NCBI GenBank assembly: GCA_043778225.1
Contig: JAYWGM010000007.1
Coordinates: forward strand, 1 to 10,268
Length of the DNA stretch: 10,268 nucleotides
From: Deinococcales bacterium
Lineage (GTDB): Bacteria; Deinococcota; Deinococci; Deinococcales; JAAFIG01
Direction: 5' to 3'
Shown here: positions 6,996 to 10,268 of the stretch, piece by piece
How the letters are laid out: each line of letters opens with the position of its first letter
Numbering within the stretch: position 1 is the stretch's first letter
Notes under the pieces: generated by a model
What the model saw: only the letters and a program-made list of their open reading frames with translations
Database searches by the model: none
Told to the model about the DNA's origin: nothing
Position numbers and translations under genes: made by a program

Positions 6996-7684
6996 TATTG
7001 CCCCCCCGTTGGTGGTGGTGTGACGGGTGGTGTTGGCACAGATGAATTTGCAGCATCCACCAAGCCAACCGTGGCATTAAAAGTATAGAGTAGGCTCGAG
7101 GTATTGCTGCCTTGTCCTCGAGACACCGAACCCAGATTAATTCCAAAACGGTCGTTGTTTTCAAAAGCACGTTGGAACGTTTCAACATCGTTTAAGCTGG
7201 TGGCTTGGGCATTAAAAGTGACCTCAGTGGCAATTGCCTTACCATCATAAGCGCCACTGGCAGCTTGACTGGTAACGGCGGCGGCATCCACACGACGCAA
7301 AGTCATGTTTTGCAATGAAGCCGCCAAACGGTTGGGGTTGTCGGTGCTGCGTGGAATCTGTGAAGTGAAAGTGCGGATTTCTCGAGACCACGCCACCCGC
7401 TCGCGCTCGAGTTGGGCTTTGATGCTGGTCGTGGCTTCGAGTTCGCGCTGTTGGGCGGTCAGTTCATTTTGGGCTGTGATGTATTTTTGCAACAACGCCA
7501 ATTCGGTGTTGCGGTCATCTCGAGTTTGCGCCAATTGGTCACGTTCGGCATTGGCAGCCAGCTGCATCCCAATCATCACCGCTAAAGCCACCAATGGCAC
7601 AGCAATCGCAATTAAACGCCACCAACCCGGCTCAACGCGCTTACGCAGTGTCTTTGGTAAGAGGTTAATTCTAATCAAGACCAC
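6995..7684 (-). CDS. pilN: Type IV pilus assembly protein PilN
   Basis: N-terminal IRINLLPK (the PilM-binding INLLP motif) followed by a TM helix, a coiled coil and a periplasmic domain. The start is GTG 7684 or TTG 7678, overlapping the pilM 3' end. Confidence 0.92.
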   Translation of the reverse strand: MVLIRINLLPKTLRKRVEPGWWRLIAIAVPLVALAVMIGMQLAANAERDQLAQTRDDRNTELALLQKYITAQNELTAQQRELEATTSIKAQLERERVAWSREIRTFTSQIPRSTDNPNRLAASLQNMTLRRVDAAAVTSQAASGAYDGKAIATEVTFNAQATSLNDVETFQRAFENNDRFGINLGSVSRGQGSNTSSLLYTFNATVGLVDAANSSVPTPPVTPPPTGGQ

Positions 7685-8849
7685 TCACCCCCCGCATGGC
7701 AAGACCGAGCGGTACAGCTAACTCGGCTGCCGAAGAACGTAAAAATGCAGAATCAAATAAACTGTCGTCAAAACTGACCGAGAGCCATGGATCGCCAACT
7801 TCGACTCGAAAACCAAGGGTGTCGCCAATTGCATCGGCAAGCCCACGCAATTTTGCGCCGCCGCCCGAGAGGTACATTCGGTCTACCGTAATATCGCCAG
7901 ACTGGACACGGTAAAACTCGAGTGAACGACGGATTTCGGTGGTCAAATCGAGTAACGGTGTACGAATCGCATCAAAAATTTTGGCTGGCGAATACTTTTC
8001 TTTGTTGACATCAAAGTCGAGTAAATCCTCTTCATCTTCGGTAGGAATGGTGGCAGTGGCGTATTGCAACTTAATTTCTTCGGCAGCATTAAAGTCTAGG
8101 TTAAAGGCTTTTTGAATTGCCACCGTAAAATCGTCGCCAGAGACATTGATGGTACGGTTTAAGAGAATTCGCTCGCCGCGTACCAGTGCGATGTTACTGC
8201 TCGAAGCACCAATCTCGAGAACCACACCGACCTCGCCACCTTCGGTAAACCGAGCGCCCGTTAGGGTAGTTTTATTCAGATGCTCACCAAGGAGACTACC
8301 CTTTAAGGCTCGCAAGCCAGCAAATGGTTTGACATCTATAACCACTGGCTCGAGACCCGCCAGTTTAATCACTTCGACCAAACGGGCAATCACTTCTTGT
8401 TGGGCAGCAGCAATCATTACTTCCATCTGACCATCGGCGGGAATGTCGTCTGGATTATCGAGTGTATCGTAATCAAGCACAACTTCGTCTATCGGAAAGG
8501 GAATATAGCGTTCAGCTTCCCATTTGATGGCATCGTCTAGCTCTTTGCTGGTCATTTTTGGCACAGAGACAATACGGGTAATCGCCGATTGCTGCGCTAC
8601 GGCAGTGACTACATACTTGTTACGGATTTTTTTCTCCGCAAGCGCGGCTTTGATTTCATTGGCAATGGCTTGTGGCTCGACCACTTGCCCGTCGCTGACA
8701 GCGCCGGGAGGGGTTGGACGAATCGCAATACTACGCAATGTTGGCGGACTGCCCGCCTTTAACTCCACAATTTTGATCGTACTCGTACCAATCTCGAGAC
8801 CAATAGCCTCGATTTTAGGATTGACGAGCCGATTCATCAGGTCTTTCAT
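7671..8849 (-). CDS. pilM: Type IV pilus assembly protein PilM (actin/FtsA-like)
   Basis: Motifs IGLEIGTSTIKIVEL, AIKWEAERYIPFPIDEVVLDY, LEIGASSS, EIRRSLEFY, YLSGGGAKLRGL and AVPLGLAMRG. Start moved to ATG 8849 because GAGGGGG lies just upstream (8853-8859); 392 aa. Confidence 0.95.
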   Translation of the reverse strand: MKDLMNRLVNPKIEAIGLEIGTSTIKIVELKAGSPPTLRSIAIRPTPPGAVSDGQVVEPQAIANEIKAALAEKKIRNKYVVTAVAQQSAITRIVSVPKMTSKELDDAIKWEAERYIPFPIDEVVLDYDTLDNPDDIPADGQMEVMIAAAQQEVIARLVEVIKLAGLEPVVIDVKPFAGLRALKGSLLGEHLNKTTLTGARFTEGGEVGVVLEIGASSSNIALVRGERILLNRTINVSGDDFTVAIQKAFNLDFNAAEEIKLQYATATIPTEDEEDLLDFDVNKEKYSPAKIFDAIRTPLLDLTTEIRRSLEFYRVQSGDITVDRMYLSGGGAKLRGLADAIGDTLGFRVEVGDPWLSVSFDDSLFDSAFLRSSAAELAVPLGLAMRGVSGLD

Positions 8850-9078
8850 ATGCCCCCTCTGGTCGAGGAACTCCAAATTGCGCGACGACTTTGATTAAAT
8901 CCACTTGCAGACCCGACAAGTATACAACGGAAATGCGTTTCATAGTACAAACGTGTTCGGGGGATGACTGCTGGCGTGCCAAACATAGGCTTTTGCCAGC
9001 ACCTGACTTCAAAATGAGAATCGGCAATCATATTCACTGCTCAGTATACAGTGACAGCGACACAAATTGCATCTATCC

Positions 9079-9110
9079 AAAAAAAAGGTACGCTCTGGGG
9101 CGCACCTTTT
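9079..9110 (-). terminator. Rho-independent terminator downstream of the dehydrogenase gene
   Basis: The minus-strand RNA reads AAAA-GGUGCGC-CCCAGA-GCGUACC-UUUUUUUU: a 7-bp stem with one G-U pair (which pairs only on this strand) followed by U8, about 16 nt after the stop. Confidence 0.8.
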
Positions 9111-9126
9111 CTTCTCATAAAGCGAA

Positions 9127-10149
9127 TTAAGCTGTTCTGTAGGCTTCAAGCAGCACCTGGGCAAATTCGGAAGTGGACTGTGTACCACCAAGGTCGCGGG
9201 TGCGTGGTCCATGCTCGAGGGCAATTTCGACGGCTTTCTCGAGTCGGGTGGCGGCTGATACTTCGCCAATATGCCGCAGCATTAAGGCGGCAGCTAGAAC
9301 AGTGGCGGTTGGATTGGCTATTGCCTGCCCAGCAATATCAGGGGCGCTACCATGAACACTTTCAAAAACTGCATATTGATCGCCGATGTTGCCACTGGCA
9401 GCAATACCAAGCCCACCGACCAAACCAGCCGTTAAATCCGAAATAATATCGCCAAAAAGGTTGGTCGTGACAATCACATCAAATTGCTCGGGTCTCGAGA
9501 CCAATTGCATGGCGCAGTTATCGATAATAATGTCCTTGACAGCTATATCAAAGCTCGAAGCCGCCGCCATGGCGGTGTTTAGGAACAGACCTTGGGTCAC
9601 GGGCAGCACATTGGCTTTATGGGCAATGTGCAGCAACTTTCGCTCACGCCCTGATGCCAGTCGTGCCGCATATGCACCAATTCGTTGTGAAGCCCGCTTG
9701 GTGATAACCGCTTCGGCAATGGCTAGTTCGCCATCCATATACGAGCGTTCTTGTTCGACATACAAACCTTCGGTGTTTTCGCGGACAATCACCAAATCCA
9801 CACCCGCCCTCGAGCCGGGGACAGCATGGTGTTTAGCAGGGCGCACATTGGCGTATAAATCCAGCGCGCGGCGCATATAGCGAATCGCGCCTTGGAAACC
9901 AGCCACTTTTTTGGAGGGGCTGGTGGCTGCCCCAAATAAGGTCGCTTTGGCACTTTTAACAGTTTCTAGGGTGATGTCTGGAATACTGTTACCAGTGCGT
10001 TCAAACAATTCCCAGCCAGCTTCAGCGTGCAACCACTCAAACTCGAGTTCACCCGTGACCTGCATACCCTCGAGAACGTGCTTAGCGGCTTGGATGACCT
10101 CATGTCCGATGCCATCGCCTTCGATTAAACAAATGGTGTGTTTTGCCAT
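9127..10149 (-). CDS. hicd: Homoisocitrate/isocitrate dehydrogenase (alpha-aminoadipate lysine pathway)
   Basis: 340 aa beta-decarboxylating dehydrogenase. [60 protein letters not shown] and HGSAPDIAG closely match Thermus/Deinococcus HICDH as I recall it. It retains the Arg of GAIRY associated with dual isocitrate activity. Confidence 0.85.
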   Translation of the reverse strand: MAKHTICLIEGDGIGHEVIQAAKHVLEGMQVTGELEFEWLHAEAGWELFERTGNSIPDITLETVKSAKATLFGAATSPSKKVAGFQGAIRYMRRALDLYANVRPAKHHAVPGSRAGVDLVIVRENTEGLYVEQERSYMDGELAIAEAVITKRASQRIGAYAARLASGRERKLLHIAHKANVLPVTQGLFLNTAMAAASSFDIAVKDIIIDNCAMQLVSRPEQFDVIVTTNLFGDIISDLTAGLVGGLGIAASGNIGDQYAVFESVHGSAPDIAGQAIANPTATVLAAALMLRHIGEVSAATRLEKAVEIALEHGPRTRDLGGTQSTSEFAQVLLEAYRTA

Positions 10150-10155
10150 TGCTCT

Positions 10156-10184
10156 AGTCTAGGCGCGAAGAACCAATCTGACAA
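10156..10184 (-). promoter_or_regulatory. Sigma-A promoter TTGTCA-17 nt-TAGACT for leaderless hicd mRNA
   Basis: -35 TTGTCA (10184-10179), an exact 17-nt spacer, and -10 TAGACT (10161-10156) ending 6 nt before ATG 10149. No Shine-Dalgarno. Confidence 0.75.
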
Positions 10185-10208
10185 GTTGTCTCGAGCAGGG
10201 TGACAAAG

Positions 10209-10268
10209 AAAGGTTAAAAGGTTAAAAGGTTAAAAGGTTAAAAGGTTAAAAGGTTAAAAGGTTAAAAG
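10209..10268. repeat. Perfect 8-bp tandem repeat (AAAGGTTA)n, at least 7.5 copies, truncated by the window end
   Basis: Read directly from the sequence; no mismatches over 60 bp. Confidence 0.97.

Larger units (their letters stand above)
29..10195. repeat. Dispersed highly iterated palindrome CTCGAG (about 55 copies)
   Basis: Hand count of about 55 sites (e.g. 29, 83, 122, 151, 194, 256, 377, 395, 569, 602, 638, 732 ... 10042, 10069, 10190) versus about 2.5 expected for a 6-mer in 10.3 kb of random sequence. Confidence 0.95.

Noticed and set aside
8964..8983. Sigma-54-like TGGCACG on the minus strand upstream of pilM
   Set aside because: The -12 element reads CAGTC instead of TTGC, and sigma-54 is not expected in this group.
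8935..9001. Resemblance of GGCAAAAGCC...GGCACGC to a c-di-GMP-I riboswitch, and of CTATGT-N5-ACGCCA to the DdrO/RDRM box
   Set aside because: There is no GNRA tetraloop or convincing second stem for the riboswitch, and the RDRM-like match misses several terminal consensus positions.
9127..10149. Annotation as leuB (3-isopropylmalate dehydrogenase)
   Set aside because: The GAATSP, GAIRY and AHKANVL motifs fit Thermus/Deinococcus homoisocitrate dehydrogenase, and no leuC/leuD context is visible.
6559..10162. Plus-strand ORFs opposite pilO, pilN, pilM and hicd
   Set aside because: They lie almost entirely antisense to well-supported genes and show no independent coding signal.
29..10195. CTCGAG sites as XhoI cloning or ligation scars
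   Set aside because: Reading frames and conserved protein motifs run uninterrupted through the sites, so they are native sequence.
10209..10268. Telomere or CRISPR interpretation of the terminal repeat
   Set aside because: There are no spacers or cas genes. The flanking genes are ordinary bacterial chromosomal genes, so a microsatellite at a contig or window end is the simpler explanation.

Overview
This window looks like Deinococcota (Deinococcales/Thermales-like proteins), though my by-eye GC estimate of about 45-50% is low for that group. On the minus strand, a homoisocitrate/isocitrate dehydrogenase gene with a leaderless promoter and its own terminator precedes a translationally coupled type IV pilus/competence operon: pilM-pilN-pilO-pilW-like-[extra gene]-pilQ. 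The operon ends at a bidirectional terminator shared with a convergent DUF790 (Bax1-like) nuclease gene. A divergent lipoprotein gene, missed by the ORF track, runs off the left edge. Three signals stand out. (1) The extra gene is a secreted chimera of two copies of the PilQ N-terminal domain plus a copy of the PilW C-terminal (PilP-like) domain, and it sits next to a shortened PilQ. This suggests an undescribed adaptor/extender subunit of the pilus conduit. (2) The palindrome CTCGAG occurs about 55 times (hand count), roughly 20-fold above chance and in all three reading frames, resembling a HIP1-like iterated palindrome. (3) A perfect 8-bp tandem repeat runs off the right edge. All alignments and counts were done by hand; no database searches were run.
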